Below, piece by piece: positions 1-14,204 of a stretch of 64,000 nt of DNA (position 1 is its first letter; each line of letters opens with the position of its first letter). The notes under the pieces were generated by a model. That model had not been told where the DNA came from and made no database searches. It was given only the letters and a program-made list of their open reading frames with translations. This DNA is from Octopus sinensis (Eukaryota), in contig NC_043009.1 of NCBI RefSeq assembly GCF_006345805.1, positions 38,998,001 through 39,062,000 on the forward strand, read 5' to 3'. Made by a program: the position numbers and the translations under genes.

Positions 1-1400
1 TTAGCATATCCCAAAGTGCGGTCTTTTCATTATTCTATAAGACTTTTTTCCGCTGTATATCAACGTGAAATTGAGTTGGTATATCTTCCAGCTAGATGTC
101 TTTCGCTGAGGCTGGGTACCTGAGACAATTGTTTCGTCTGCTGTAATTTTACTCATTCGGATTCATTACATTCTTCTGGTGATCTTTAGAGGAGAGGCTT
201 TCATCTTCTGCCAGAGACAAGGATGCAGACGACAAAAAACAATACCCAAGCTAGAGTCTCAGGTTTGAGATCTGCATTTCTTACACAGTGTTACAAGTTT
301 TTTCTGCATATGTTTCCACACTGGTTAATTTTTTGCAAGTGCGGTCTATTTCGCCGTTGTAAGGCATGCGGAATGTATTTCACAATACCTATATTCTTAC
401 GAACTCAGTAATGAGTCCATTCTGAGCTTTGAATATTCGAGAAGTATGAATATTCGAATATCTAAATGTTTACGGCCATACGTTTAACAATCTCGGGCGC
501 ATTAAAACATTTTAATTGATCTTTATTGGATAATGCTTTAATACCCTGTTCTGCTTCCTGAATTGAGAATTCAACTATAGTTGTAAAACAATTTTAAAAA
601 TTACAATCAGTGTTGTTTCAGTTGAGGTCTTCAAATACACTCTTTATTTTCTCTTTAGCCTTCCTACTTCTTTTAATCCCAACTTTAGAATATCATAACT
701 GAAGTAGTTATCATCTTCGAAGCAATACCTCTATCTCTCTTTCAGGCATTCATCTAGTGCGTCAAAAATATTTCAACTTTTATTCGTCTTACTCAAGTAC
801 ATTGATTGCTAAGTATTTTTGGCCTATGCTTTATATAATTCTCATGTCTAAGATTCTCTACCTAGCACGAAATTGTATGACCTTAATGAATTCTCCTTTT
901 CAAGTTTTCCTTGTCGTATTTTCTCGCTCTGAATCTTATAACAATTCCCTTATTGAATGGGCTTGTAGTTCGTGGCAGAGGTTTTAATTGTCTATAATTT
1001 GCATGGTACAAGATGAGGTTATCCATTTCCAACAATAGTTAACTGTCTTTTGAAAACAACAACCAAGTGCCGATGGTCGACTTCACCGAAGCCAGATTTA
1101 TTAAACACTCTCTCTACGCTTTATCTTAGGTTTGGAGATTGTCATGGATAGATCTGCAAGAAATCTATCTGTCCAATATTTTAAACTTCCCGTTTTGGAC
1201 ATCCATTCATGTTTGCATCATTCGGCGGAAGAGCTTCCTCTAAACATTTCATGCTGCTGAAACTGCTCCCAGGCAACTGCCAGTTCGACAGCTGTCGTCA
1301 AAAGAAGAGGGAATAAATTGGACCATATGCATATCCATAAAGCACGAAGGATAGATCATAACACGCTGGTTGTTTGCCTCTTTCACAACCAATCACTGCA
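1..1400 (-). mobile_element. Decayed R4/Dong-like (RLE-type) non-LTR retrotransposon fragment, RT to C-terminal region
   Basis: Manual minus-strand translation gives broken motifs resembling R4/Dong ORF: NYR..LP.TT (about 990-960), LRNADLKPET...AEDESLSSKDHQKNVMN (about 290-160; family pattern LKxETEGxIxAAQDQSLxTRNYQ), VLxNNEKTALWDM (about 50-10). Many stops and frameshifts. Confidence 0.6.
412..622 (+). repeat. 211-bp direct repeat, copy 1 (LTR-like fragment)
   Basis: Matches 2134-2344 with 5 substitutions by manual alignment. Confidence 0.95.
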
Positions 1401-1789
1401 ATTTGCTTATTATTCTTATTTGGATCACATTTGCCTTATGAGAGTGTGAGGCAATCAGAATTGTCTTTCAGTTGTAAATATGAGTCACAGTGAAAACTTA
1501 TTAAATATTTTGATAGCTGTTGGGTATATTTACACACAAGAACTGCATATTGCAAGACAATTTCCTTGGTGTATGTTGCGATTGTGCATTGGTTCTGCAA
1601 AAGAAGACTAGTTTCATATATTTTCATTAAAGTCTGTATTCGACACATCTATTCATGTAAATGTGTTTAACTTAAGTCCTTGAAAGACCTGGCGAGAAAA
1701 TATATATCAAATATATTGCCCACTGCATAGTAATCAGTGAAGTTATAAATATCAACAAGCACGTGATTAATGTATAGAAGGATTAGCGT

Positions 1790-2010
1790 AAGGAACATCA
1801 CCAAACATTGGACTTTACCAGAATTGATATAAAATATATGTCAGAGAGAGTCCGATCACAAAACACGACAGTGGAATGTCATTCCCTGAAACTGAGAAAG
1901 CAGGGATCTGTATCTCTAAGGCAGGATGCTTAGCCAAAAGCCTATTCAAGCCGAAACCCGAGTTAAAGGGTTTGGTGATGCTAAGGACAATAACCTTGTC
2001 TTTGCTCTCA
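1790..2010 (+). mobile_element. Possible Ty3/gypsy polyprotein remnant
   Basis: Frameshifted VECHSLKLRKQ...AETELKGLV resembles the gypsy protease-RT linker (VEAHLxLK...VEAELxRL). Weak match. Confidence 0.35.
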
Positions 2011-2127
2011 TTGTTGAGTTATTTGATTATTATTTCGTAAGCACATGTAGGCATCAACATTGTTGTAATGGCCTTGTCCCCCATAGGTGCTGTAAGGTGC
2101 TATTTTACGGCAACGCGACATCATATT

Positions 2128-2354
2128 TGTAACTGAGTCCATTCTGAGCTTTGAATATTCGAGAAGTATGAATATTCGAATATATAAATGTTTACGACCA
2201 TACGTTTAGCAATCTCGGGCGCATTAAAACATTTTAATTGATCTTTATTGGATAATGCTTTAATATCCTGTTCTGCTTCCTGAATTGAGAATTCAACTAT
2301 AGTTGTAAAACAATTTTAAAAATTACAATCAGTGCTGTTTCAGTATCACGTACA
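2128..2354 (+). repeat. Direct repeat copy 2; TGTAAC...CACA-bounded, solo-LTR-like
   Basis: Contains the 211-bp duplicate; begins TGTAAC at 2128 and can end ...GTACACA at 2354, next to gypsy-like remnant. No PPT or TSD seen. Confidence 0.5.
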
Positions 2355-3199
2355 CAACGTCATTGTTAGATGTGATTTCGTTGGTGTTGCTAAAACTTTG
2401 GATAGACAGTAGGAAGTATTGCATTGCTTCAGAAATAGTTACTATATTCATATTTCAAGATTTAGCTCATCACTGAATATATGAAATGTGTGAGTTCTTT
2501 ATAAGAAAGATTGACATAAATATGCTATTAGATTTCTCAGTGAAATATAGTCATTACTTCTTAAGATGAAACATGCTAACACCATAAGAACTCCATTGCG
2601 ACATATACAGAAGTACTTTATTGTAAGAATTTTTTTCCACTATAGACTCGCCATATTTAATTTATATATTGCAATCGATAAGAAACATACACATGTATTC
2701 ATAACCATACAGAGGTACATATAAACATACCCTTGCACATGTATGGGCACGTGTATGTTCATATATCTGTACATATGAATTAGAATGGGCGTGTGGTATT
2801 ACGTTTGACAGATACTTGTGTCTATGGTTCCATAAATTTATAAATTGAATTGATTGATAATCGAAGTTTGTAAGAAACCGTCTGTAGCTATGATCGTATA
2901 ACTTGAGACATATGTATGTAAGAGAGAACTTATAAATAACTACGTCTCCAGACTTTCATAGTAATTTCGTTTCTCTTCTTTTCTTTTTCCACTAAAATTT
3001 TATTTTGGGGAAAAAATGGCAGAAATGTTCTTTCCCGTACTTATACACTTAGCCTTTGTTCAATTTCAGAGAAATTGTTTCTCTTTCTCTTCCTCTCAGC
3101 TTCCACGTTATGTTTCGATATTTTGTCTTTTCTTCTCACATAAATACATCTAATTATAATAAACAGTCTAAAAAGGATATAAGGATATATGTATGTTGT

Positions 3200-3429
3200 A
3201 TGTATGAATGTATGTATACATAGACACACACACACATATAAAGAGAGATAGAGATAGAGTTTTATGTATAGGAAAACAGATATAGATATAGATATATGTA
3301 CATGTGTGCGTACACAGATATTTGAAAAGTAAATAGACAGACCTCACTGTGTATATACACAGACACACATTTATATCTTCACATACACATATGTGTGTGT
3401 CTATGCATACACATGTATATAAGTATAAG

Positions 3430-3476
<47 letters not shown>

Positions 3477-3512
3477 CGTGTGTGTGTGTGTGTGTATGTG
3501 TATGTGTGTGTG

Positions 3513-3564
<52 letters not shown>

Positions 3565-3608
3565 GAAAGAAAGGGAAAAAGAAAAAGAGGTTTAGATGGT
3601 TTAGAAAG

Positions 3609-3651
<43 letters not shown>

Positions 3652-3690
3652 TGGAGAGATAGAGAAAGAGTGAAAGCGAGAGAGTAGGAG
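3200..3690. repeat. Compound microsatellite (AT)n/(GT)n/(AG)n
   Basis: Directly visible; explains overlapping IYIY/CVCV/ERER ORFs. Confidence 0.97.
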
Positions 3691-5819
3691 AATTGAGTGT
3701 GAGACATGGAAAGACAGAACGAAAGAGCGAGAGTAAATAATTTGTTCGACCGAATAGGAAAATTAAACAAGTGACTGTATGAGATGATAGATAGCACTTT
3801 AGAACCTTTGATAGTTGCAGACAGTTTATCAATTATATTCCATCGCTCTTTTATTTCTACATTCCCATTACATTCACTTTTTGATAGCAAACAGTTATTT
3901 TTGTATATTTTCCACATTTAGTGAAAGTAATTTTAAAAGTTAAACTTCGACTATTATCATATTCCTCGTTTTGAAATGTTTACGTTGCTTCTCAGACTGT
4001 CTACTTATGATGACCATAATCTCATGAAAGATAGCTTTTTTGCTTATGAATATTTATTTTATGATTGATATTTCTTTACCAATGATTTCCATTTTTGTTC
4101 CATTCTAGTTGTTATTTGATTTTAGGGTTCATTTTATGGAATAATTAGACACGTAGAGAAAAATATTTGCAAGAAATATTAGAAATTGAAACATAATAAT
4201 TATGATTTAACATTTATTGAAACAGCAACCATTTCTTTTTTACTGCAGCATCAGTAAATTGCCAGTAGTTATTTTATGGGGATTCTATAAAAATGTAGTT
4301 TTGATTCAACTAATAAAAGATCGTGTTAGTAGAATAAAAAGTAATGTACTTTCCAATATGTTGAAATATAAATCATAGCTATATTATTCTTTTACAGTCT
4401 GATGTGTATAGCATATCAAGGTAATATATACAGGTTACTTCTTTTGAAGAATATTGCTCCATAAAAGATAATGTAGAGTTTTTAGCCATTTAATATATGT
4501 AAGAAAACTATGCTTCGTCAGTTTGCTATTAGTCAAATTTGAATAATATTTGTATAAAGATCAAAACGTATGAAGAAAACAAGGTTGTTCTTCAAGGCTA
4601 TTTAATATTTTCCACTGAGTGACGCAAAATGAACTTTTTTCATATAGAATTATGACCACAAACTACTTTTTAAACGGTTGAAGACTTTATGTTAGCGTCA
4701 TTAAAGACGACACATCAACATTTCACAGCTAGTTTGCTATTATGTAATTTCGGTTATATTCTATTCACTGTAAAAGCACAATGTTTAGGTAACCTTTACT
4801 GACTAAATATCTCTTTATTTTATTGATTACATTTCTTTTTATTAGGAACATTTTTTTACTTGTATTCTTCATATGGTCTCTTAGTTTTGTTGATGAGATG
4901 TTATTGAACATTAATCGCCTTGGTTTACTGTTTTTCAGAATATAATGTTCACCGAGAGATGTAATTTTCATTTTTGGAAGACTGATTACATTGTATGGAC
5001 CGGAAAGATTTAGCGATGTGTGAGAATCAGTTAAAGTATTTGGTTTGGTATTTCGAAATGTTCCATGGAGAATGTATTGTGTTATTTTTGAATGAAAGTT
5101 AATATGCTCTGAACGAGATCTATTATTCCATTAACAGCTTGAAATGATACATTGTAAAAAAAGTGAATAATTGACATCTAAACATATTGTTTATCGAACA
5201 TTTAAGACAAAAGATTAATAACTGAGTGATGTTTTATAATAAGGGTGAAGGTTAATATGTATTATCTTGTATTTTTATCTGCTATAAACTGAATGGAAAT
5301 AGCCATCCAATATTAAAGATGAACATATATGTGTGTTTAGAATTTCTGACCGGAGCAGATTTCAAAGTAATCAACTTTGTGTTTATAAGATCAAGAAAAA
5401 TATCTAAGGTATATGACACGTATGGGTTAATGAAAGAAAGAATTGGAACTATTCTTTTAAAGATATATATCTGATTTGATTTTTCTTGGAGAAAAAAAAA
5501 TAACAAAGATAAACATTTCAAAAACTTTAGCATTGACGATAGTAACGATACGAAAATATCAAAATGCTTCAACGAAAGAATTATTTGTTATATCCAAATA
5601 AAGCCGATGAATTGAATTAAAACTAGCATTTTGATGTGATTTTCATTTTTATTGTTGTTGTTCCTGAAAATATTTTATTTGATAACTCTGAATGTAAAAC
5701 GCTAAAAATCCAAAAATTTATTTAAAAAAAATTCACCAATGAAGAAGAGTTTGATCAGATTAGTAAGTGATAGTAAAACAGTTGAAGACAGATATGAATA
5801 AAGATAATGCAATGTTATA

Positions 5820-5820
5820 T

Positions 5821-5903
<83 letters not shown>

Positions 5904-5955
5904 CACACACATACACATATATGTATGTATGTGTGTGTGTGTGTGTGTGTGTGTA
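5820..5955. repeat. (AC)n/(GT)n microsatellite
   Basis: Directly visible. Confidence 0.97.
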
Positions 5956-8574
5956 TTCATTATTTGATTTACAAGTTTCATAAGATTTAATATCTTTATT
6001 GTAAGATCTCATTCCTTTAGCAATTTTTAAACTTACATTTCCATCTTTGAGGTATTGGTATTTTTGTTTTATCAATCTAAATACATTATTTTATTTAGAA
6101 GACTTTAACGTGCCAATCTTAGACGACTTTAGTTCATTATAGATTTTATAAAAAAAAATTCAGAGAAAATATGTATTTATTTTTATAATAGAGAAAGCAA
6201 ATAACACTTTTAACATCGCATCAATTTGCATCTAGCATCAATTTGTTCTCTCGCAACCCTTTTTTCTCACATTTTATCTACTCTACTACTCGTGGTAGCA
6301 GAGTAGATATAATGAGAGAGTCCTGTCGCCTCAGGTGATACATGCCATGTAAGTTTTTTATTAATATGTTGAAACCATATCCATTCAGTTAGTACGATAA
6401 TTAAACTGAAATTCATACGCTTTCTTAAATATTTACTGTTGGAAGTATTTTAGAGCAGGACACGATTAAATATAACTCCGCGGTTAAACCCTACAGTGCA
6501 TATGTTATTTGTAATGATGGACATAGCACGATCTAAGAGTATGACAGTACTCTTGGATTATAGAGATGTCCAATATCGAAGGATAAAAGTAAGACTATGA
6601 AAGCACATTTTCGGATATATTACACAGAGTCCAGTCTAAAAATTGTATTTATGTAGCTATAAAAAAAACTTAAAACAATATTCATAGAGTGTAGCTTGTT
6701 GAGAACTTAAGTAACTGATTCTATTTCAAGACACTTTGTGGTATTCACAGTAAACAAAACACCTTTTCAACTAGAGTGAATTCTTTAAATTTTTCCTGAG
6801 TACAATCAAAATAACAGATTGTTTTCCCTTAAGTAGCGTTCATATAGTAAACCTAAAGCTCCCACTATGAGCTAACTAGTAACTGTTTGTTGCCTGTTTC
6901 CTATGCAAAATCATGATAGGTTTAACTATCATTAAAGGAAAGTAAATAGAGGTATTCCCTTGAGCTGATATCAAGTTGAATAACACAGTACGTCCGTGAC
7001 GCTGATCTGATAATAGAATCAAGTATTTCCATCAAGACATCATTTCACAAGAAATATAAAGATAACACTATTAACCACTTCGTAATTTTCTACTGGTCTG
7101 TAAGCGTTAACTTCAGATATTTATTATTGCTTCGAATTTGAATTTTGAATTATTCATTCTTATTTACTTAAATTTGATGACACAACGGGGAAATAGCGTA
7201 CCTCTAGGTCTGTCATTCAATATTTTGAATGGCTTAAGTGGAATTGACAATATATTTCTGCCAGACAGAATTTATTACTTGCACAGAAAACAAAAATTCG
7301 TTCCAACGAAAATTTCATTTAATGATGAAAGTCTCGTCAATTATTCGAAATGTATTCTGCCATATGTGTTTATCGTTCAAATAATCTCTGATTATTTTAG
7401 ACCATTTTTATTAGTTTTACAGTGTGTTGGATATATCTGTTGGTGTGTGTCGGTTTTAGTTGTCTACTTCATATGTAACACATCTGGAATATACAATCCT
7501 TTAGCATACAGAGAACCGAGGTGTCAAATATTATCAAGTTTACCATATTTGACACGCTTCGAGAATAACGAAAACAAAGATAAAGAGAATATTACCAATT
7601 CATATGTATTACTGTTTCTGTTTTTTTTCTTCTTATTTGCTGCTTCCGGTAATTTGGAACGTTTTCGATGCATAACTGTCAAAGATATTCAGCAAAAGAT
7701 GAGAACAATAAATCATCAACATATGTTGCTTAGATGTTGATGAGCATAGGAAAGCAAGGAATATGGATAATAATTTCACTGTAGTTCCTGTTGCAGTTTT
7801 CAATGTGATGAGTCAGTAAGTGATTACGTAATGTAAGTAGATGTATTTATACACAGACATACATATAAATACACATACATACGCATTAATGTATACATAT
7901 ATAAGATTACGTAAGTAGGCATGTGCATTGATGCATTTATTTCTATATTTTAGTTTTCTGTCTCTAAAAATAACTATCGCCTCAAAACATATAGCGTTAT
8001 CTTTCATAAAGTTAAGTAAGTTATCTGCCGTCTACTTAGAGCCGAAGATGCTAATACATAATTTACATTTGTTTTGATAAAGCCATTTCTCTCATTTTAC
8101 ATTTATAGTATATACGTGTGATAACTCGGTAAAGCAACTTCATTTTACACATGTCTCTTAGATTTCAGAAAGAGTGAATAGGATACTAATTCTCCATCTA
8201 ATTATAAAATGTTGTTTGTCTCAACACTGCAAGAACTGGTGAGTTATATGGGGAGGAAAGTACATGACATAAGAACGAATACTATTAAGCGTTTGGTATT
8301 AGCAGAAATGTAGGGTGACCGCTCATATTACAATATTCTGGTTGCGCCCAAATATATATATATATAAACATAATTCTTATAACTGACCAGCATCAATCAG
8401 ATATAATTTCTAGGTGCAGGCATAGGTTTGTGATTAAGAAGATGGCTTTGCAACCATGTGGTTTCTGGATCAGTTCCACAGCACGGCAACATGAGCAGGC
8501 GTTTTCTATTATAGTCCGGGCCCACCAATGCATTGCGAGTGAATTCGATAGATGGAATCTGTGTGGAAGACCAT

Positions 8575-8654
8575 ATATATATGTACATACACATACATAT
8601 GCACACGCGCGCACACACACGCACACACACACAAGTATATATACATGCATATAC

Positions 8655-8746
<92 letters not shown>

Positions 8747-8750
8747 GTGC
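8575..8750. repeat. Compound (AT)n/(AC)n/(GT)n microsatellite
   Basis: Directly visible. Confidence 0.95.
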
Positions 8751-10522
8751 GGGTGGGGCTGTCTGTCCAACACTAGGCAAATTAACATCAAAAGAAATCG
8801 GTAGACGTTCTAGATTTTAAAATGGTTCTTGTGTCGATTTGATCAACTACATTCCTTAAAACAGTGATCCAGCATGGTAACAGTCCAGTGACTGAAACAC
8901 AAAGATATATGCTGAAAGATTAAGGTATTTCACTTAAAGCTGTTCTGCAGAGCAAATGTCCCAGATTTATTGGAAGATACTGCAAATTTTCATGGATAAG
9001 ATTTTTGTACCTATTAAGACATCTTAGTAGCATCCCGAACAAGATCAATGTAATGTTGTAGCCTACCCAGGAAAAATACCTTAAACATGTATTGTATCTA
9101 AAGTAACATAACTGAAAATTGCAGAAAATCGTTTTCTACTCAGATATGCGACTCAACTGTTGATACATCTAGGATACTAAAATGCCGATAAGCTTCATAA
9201 ATCAACGGATTAATTTAAAATTATTGTGTCTCATGTTTTGTTCTCAATAAGGCACCACACGGTTCATAAAAGGTACTGTGAATCGTACCTGTGTATTGAC
9301 TTGATTTATTTGCTTGTATATGACACATGGATCAAGCGAAAATATCATGTAAAAATTCTAGGGAATTTTAATCGGAAATGTTTCTGAAATATTCTACATG
9401 TAATTTGGTTCTTAATGATCCCATAGACAGATAATTTGAGGTGAGCTGAAACCTTAAGCTTTGAGATAATTGCATAGAACAACGTTCACGTGGAATCAGA
9501 AATTAGGCACAGAAAACTGACCAGAGATAATCGGAGTACATGAGGTATGATGAGTTTGTACGCGGATGTTGCCCGAGGGATTAATAAAGGTTGTGGCTTA
9601 AGGATTATTTAAATCTCCCATAAAATCATTTGTAGCGACATTAAGCGAGTAGCAAATGTATTTAATTGGTACTACTACAGAAAATGTACAATTAATTTTG
9701 GATAATTATACCTTAGCAATATTTAGTTTAAGGTAGCTGCAGAAGAACCGAACAATTTGTGAATCTGATTGATAAATTTTGCTCAAAATATTTGCGAATG
9801 AACTTGTCCTTTCAATGCTGGGCTCACATGTCGCAAAGTTACTAGTTTAAGTCAAAAGGTGACTACCATATGATTATAAAAACTGTTGTAGAATGCACAG
9901 CTCATGGCAGGAGATATCTGAATATGTTGGTGATTTAGAAGGACGCATTGCTATATGTCTCAATATACTTCTGCATACTAATGGGCAAATTTGCAGTTTG
10001 GTTTAGTAAGTATGTTAAAATAGACTTGAAAGCTTAGCGTGCTTAAAAGCAGCCACTGTTGAAGGCAAGATTCGAATAATTGCCAATGATAATTATACGT
10101 GTATGTGTGTGTGTGAGAGAGAGAGTGCGTGTGTATACGTATATATATATACATATACATATATATATATATATATATATATGTATACATATATACACAC
10201 GTATGCACACACACACACACACACATATATATAAGAAACAAATGTAACGTTATTTGCATTTGTATCAATGTAACATTTCTCCGTTATTTTTTCGTTCTTG
10301 TTTTCGTACACATTCGTTGCTTTCTTCCAAGGAATCTAATGCTCTTAGCTTAGTTTAAAGCAATTTCGAGTATAACCAGCTGAAATTGCAAAGATAATCT
10401 GGAACTCAACCGAGGAAAGAAAACTCCTAGTTTCCTTGTATCGTCTGTCTAGATGTTTTGTTGTCCCTTATTTGCCTGGATGTTTCGAGTTGTTGTCCCA
10501 TTTTTGTATTTTTTACACACAC

Positions 10523-10588
<66 letters not shown>

Positions 10589-10824
10589 GTGTGTGTGTGT
10601 GTATGAAAACATGAGATTGGCAAGTGTTTTGGTGTTATTTATCACAATTACACATGTTTCATTTGTAAATAGGAATCACAAATTTGTACATGTAGAAAAC
10701 AGGAGAGATATCTGCTATTCGATTCTTCAAACAGATAATCAAATCATGTATTATTACATATTATGTATATATACAAAGACTGCCCGAAAAATTTCAAAGA
10801 CTGATTAAGATACTCTTATGGGGT

Positions 10825-11235
10825 GGCGATGAAACAAGACCTCTTACGCGAATTTTCCTGGGAGTTTGGTCTTGTTAGCCTTTAGTAACCGCTTCAGTAA
10901 GTTGATATGGTACTCTCAATTGACGGCGCGGCTCTTTTGAAGAAACTCAATAAGCTCAATGCGTTTTTCATTCTGCGTCAAATTTAATCCCTACAAATGA
11001 AACGACTTTTGCCTTTTTCGGAGCTGGTGAACACGATCAATGTCTTCCTCGGTGATGGTAGTTGCAGGTTATCCAAACTTTGGGCCATCTTCAAGACTGC
11101 CCACATTTGCACTGTTGATAAGTCTCAAGTGTCATCACCTAATGTAGCAACAATATTAACAAAACCCTTTTCCTGCAGGTACTTGATAGCACTATGATGG
11201 CAAATTTTGTCGATTTTTCAAGAGGAGTCGCTACT
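10825..11235 (-). mobile_element. Internally deleted mariner (Tc1/mariner) transposase remnant
   Basis: Minus strand: HSAIKYLQEKG..VATLGDDT.DLSTVQMWA (mariner N-terminal HTH) joined to LQKSRAVN.EYHINLLKRL..KLPGKFA.EVLFH (region before the second catalytic D); the middle is missing. Confidence 0.8.
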
Positions 11236-11280
11236 AGTTATATTTGAAGTCTTCTTTGAACAGACAAATGTCAATTAACC

Positions 11281-11700
11281 TCTTTTACTCTTTTTGCTCT
11301 TGTACTTGTTTCAGTCATTTGACTGTGGCCATGCTGGAGCACCGCCTTTTGTCGAGCAAATCGACCCCAGGACTTATTCTTTGTCAGCTTAGTACTTATT
11401 CTATCGGTCACTTTTGCCTAACCGCTAAGTTACGTGGACGTAAACACACGAGCATCGGTTGTCAAGCGATGTTGGGGGGACAAACACAGGCACATGCATA
11501 CACACAGACACACACACACATATATATACATATATAAGGCGAGCTTCTTTCAGTTTCCGTCTACCAAATCCACTCGTAACGCTTTGGTCGCCTCGAGGTT
11601 ATAGTAGAAAACACTTGACCAAGGTGCCATGCAGTGGGACTGAACCCGGAGCCATGTGGTTGGTAAGCAAGCTACTTACCACACAGCCACTCCTACGCCT
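11281..11700 (-). mobile_element. Octopus-type tRNA-derived SINE, family A, near full length
   Basis: Minus head AGGCGTAGGAGTGGCTGTGTGGTAAG..GGTTCAGTCCC (A/B boxes), internal (CA)n, tail ..GACTGAAACAAGTA(AAAGA)n; clearly homologous to 23715-24127 and 39145-39565. Confidence 0.92.
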
Positions 11701-13204
11701 GGAAAGAAACAATGCAGTAATTAATAAATATTGAAATGAATACATGCAAGATTTCACTTCTTTAGCATCACTCCTTCATAGTCATCTTATAAACTCCTCC
11801 GTCCACCACTGTATATATGGGTATTCATAGAACATGATTACCGCTTTAGTGAGATAAATACAGCCACCTTTTGGCTATATATTTACTTGTTGACCATTGT
11901 AGCTTCACTGCAACCGGGAAGGTTGATACCATTAAGGTTCAGTTGAAATTTCTGGATCACACTTGTAACCTCCATTGTTAACTTCTTCGATAGAGAAATG
12001 ATATATGTGACATTCATTCACTCCTTTATAAAATGTTAGCAAGAGACTTCCGAAGTCGTTTGTATACTTCGAAATCAGAATGGCTCAACACAGTCGGTCC
12101 TGTAGGACCTAAACGACTTTGCTACAGCGATATTTTGCACGATGATACATGCATGTAAATACTTACCTATCCATATGATAATTAAACCTGACAACATAAA
12201 TCTATATTTTCAGATGTATACAGTATCGTATTTTTATGAAATTAAAATCTATTTTCGTTCGAAAATTGTGCAAATTTACAGTTGGACGTTCCAAATTGTT
12301 TAATTCTGATAATAAGTATCATAATGGATTTTCGCAAAAATAAAATCGGTAAACCTATTAATAATTTACAATATCATTTTCTGCAATATAGAAACATAGT
12401 GGAATGAAGAACGACGTAAAAGATTTTGGAAATCTAATTTGCAGCTTTGCCCTGGAGCAAAATTCATTGTAGCTGTGTAATTAACTAGATACATACAAGC
12501 TCACTTACATTGCTTTAATAATGAATATCCTTGCGGACTTGAATAATTATCTATACCAGCTAGGATTCAGTTATATATGCGCATGCATTATATTATGTTG
12601 GTATACTTGTCAAGAAAGTATTTGGCATTTCAATGTATGCGGCATTATCAAAAGTTACTACGAGAAATAATATTTTGTTAAATGTAAATATATAAGAATG
12701 TGAATTATAGGTAACTGATTACTCGGTAGGTTCGAAATACGTATTTTTCTGTTAAAATTGTCAAGGACATTGAGCTGTATTGGTAGATACCACAGCCTAT
12801 CTTCGTTTTAAATGAGTAACAACAATGACCTTAAGACTATAATCTGAGCAATAATATGCAAGCTTAAGGTATGCTTTCAAAACTATACAGAACTGAATTC
12901 TATACGTAATCAAGGGAGAACAACATTCATGCCTCCAATATTCTTATCAATGCATTTGAACAAATAAGACATATGATAGAGAATTCTTTATGGATTAAGA
13001 ATTGATATAAAACAGGAATAATGACAATTATTTATATGACAAACATAAATATGAAAACTATCATGTATGAATGCGTGGGTTTAACATGTCTAACTTGTGG
13101 CTGGTTGCGGCATTAGATACGCATATATGTGTTTGTATTTTTATGTACGTATGTATGTATGTATGTATGTATTATGTATGTATGTATGTATGTATGTATG
13201 TATG

Positions 13205-13620
13205 TATGAGGTTCGAAAAGAAAAATTATGTCGGTTCCAGCGAAGGCAGTTTTAAAAGCTGTTGTACAAAACACCAGTTTTCTTTCCGACACATTTATAA
13301 AAATAAACTCATTAAGTTGCCTCGCCACATATTGGATCTGAAAGCCAACAGCACATCACATAAAATAAAGTGGAAAATCGTCGAGAAATCTACGCCACAC
13401 ATAAATCGATCAAAGAGATACAAGTTATGTGTAGCTGAAAGATAACACATTCTCTTTAGATCCAAGAAATCCTCAACACTACTTAATTGCTGATGGACAA
13501 TTTTCTTTTGCCGAACTGGAGGTCACCACCCTCACCGGACTAAGTAGCTATCGCAGGGACTTTGACCTCCTCTCCGTTATATTATTCAACATCAGATAGA
13601 TTTCATTATGATTTCTACAG
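13205..13620 (+). mobile_element. Penelope-like element 3' fragment (GIY-YIG C-terminal half plus decayed hammerhead)
   Basis: KNYVGSSEGSFKS..HQFSFRH..LDLK..IKWKIVEK..KRYKLCVAER in ORF 13071-13445 follows the PLE GIY-YIG pattern; followed by CTGATG-G/GAA-C/GTC core remnants at 13490-13524. Confidence 0.8.
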
Positions 13621-14204
13621 ACTAAAGGAACACAAATCTTGGTTTTCTTGCATTTCTTTTCTTTCTTCTCGTTCCCCTTTAAGCATCAAGCTTTTCGTTT
13701 CTCTTCTCGTCTATATTTCCCATGTATTCTCATATACCAACGTCCTTGTTTTCAAATAGTAATAACGGTATATACTCAGCCCGAAGGACTGCTTGGAGAC
13801 ATTTATCCTGTTTTATACGTCTGCCAGGTTTTTCTATCTCTACGGTATGAAATTATTAGTAGATTTTTAAAAATTCTTTCTATATCAATTTATATATATC
13901 TATGAATAATAGTGTATAAACAATTAATGTATTTATACATGAAAGTGGTAACCTTTGACAGGACACCTTACATGCTTGAACGGACAGTTAAAGCCCAAGC
14001 CACGAATAAGAGCAATGTCAAAAGGAATGAAAATAAAAAAAATGTTTTTGTAGTTACTCTCAGACTCGAGTTTCTACAGCAATGAGCAAAATAAATTAAT
14101 TTGCCATCCGTTCTTCTTCAGTGAGGGCGCTAAAATTAATGCATATTTATGCAGCGAATAGTACTGAAAACGCACGTGCTACATACTTATACATTATAAT
14201 ATCA

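Noticed and set aside
7138-7740. 200-aa ORF on the + strand
   Set aside because: TTG start, AT-biased F/I/L/N composition, no recognisable motif; plausible chance ORF. A homology search would settle it.
8945-8990. EGF-like KCPRFIGRYC
   Set aside because: Wrong spacing and missing the other cysteines; chance.
11780-12130. Protein-like minus frame (..FYKGVNECHIYHFSIEEVNNGGYKC..)
   Set aside because: Several stops and no family could be assigned; possibly an old transposon.
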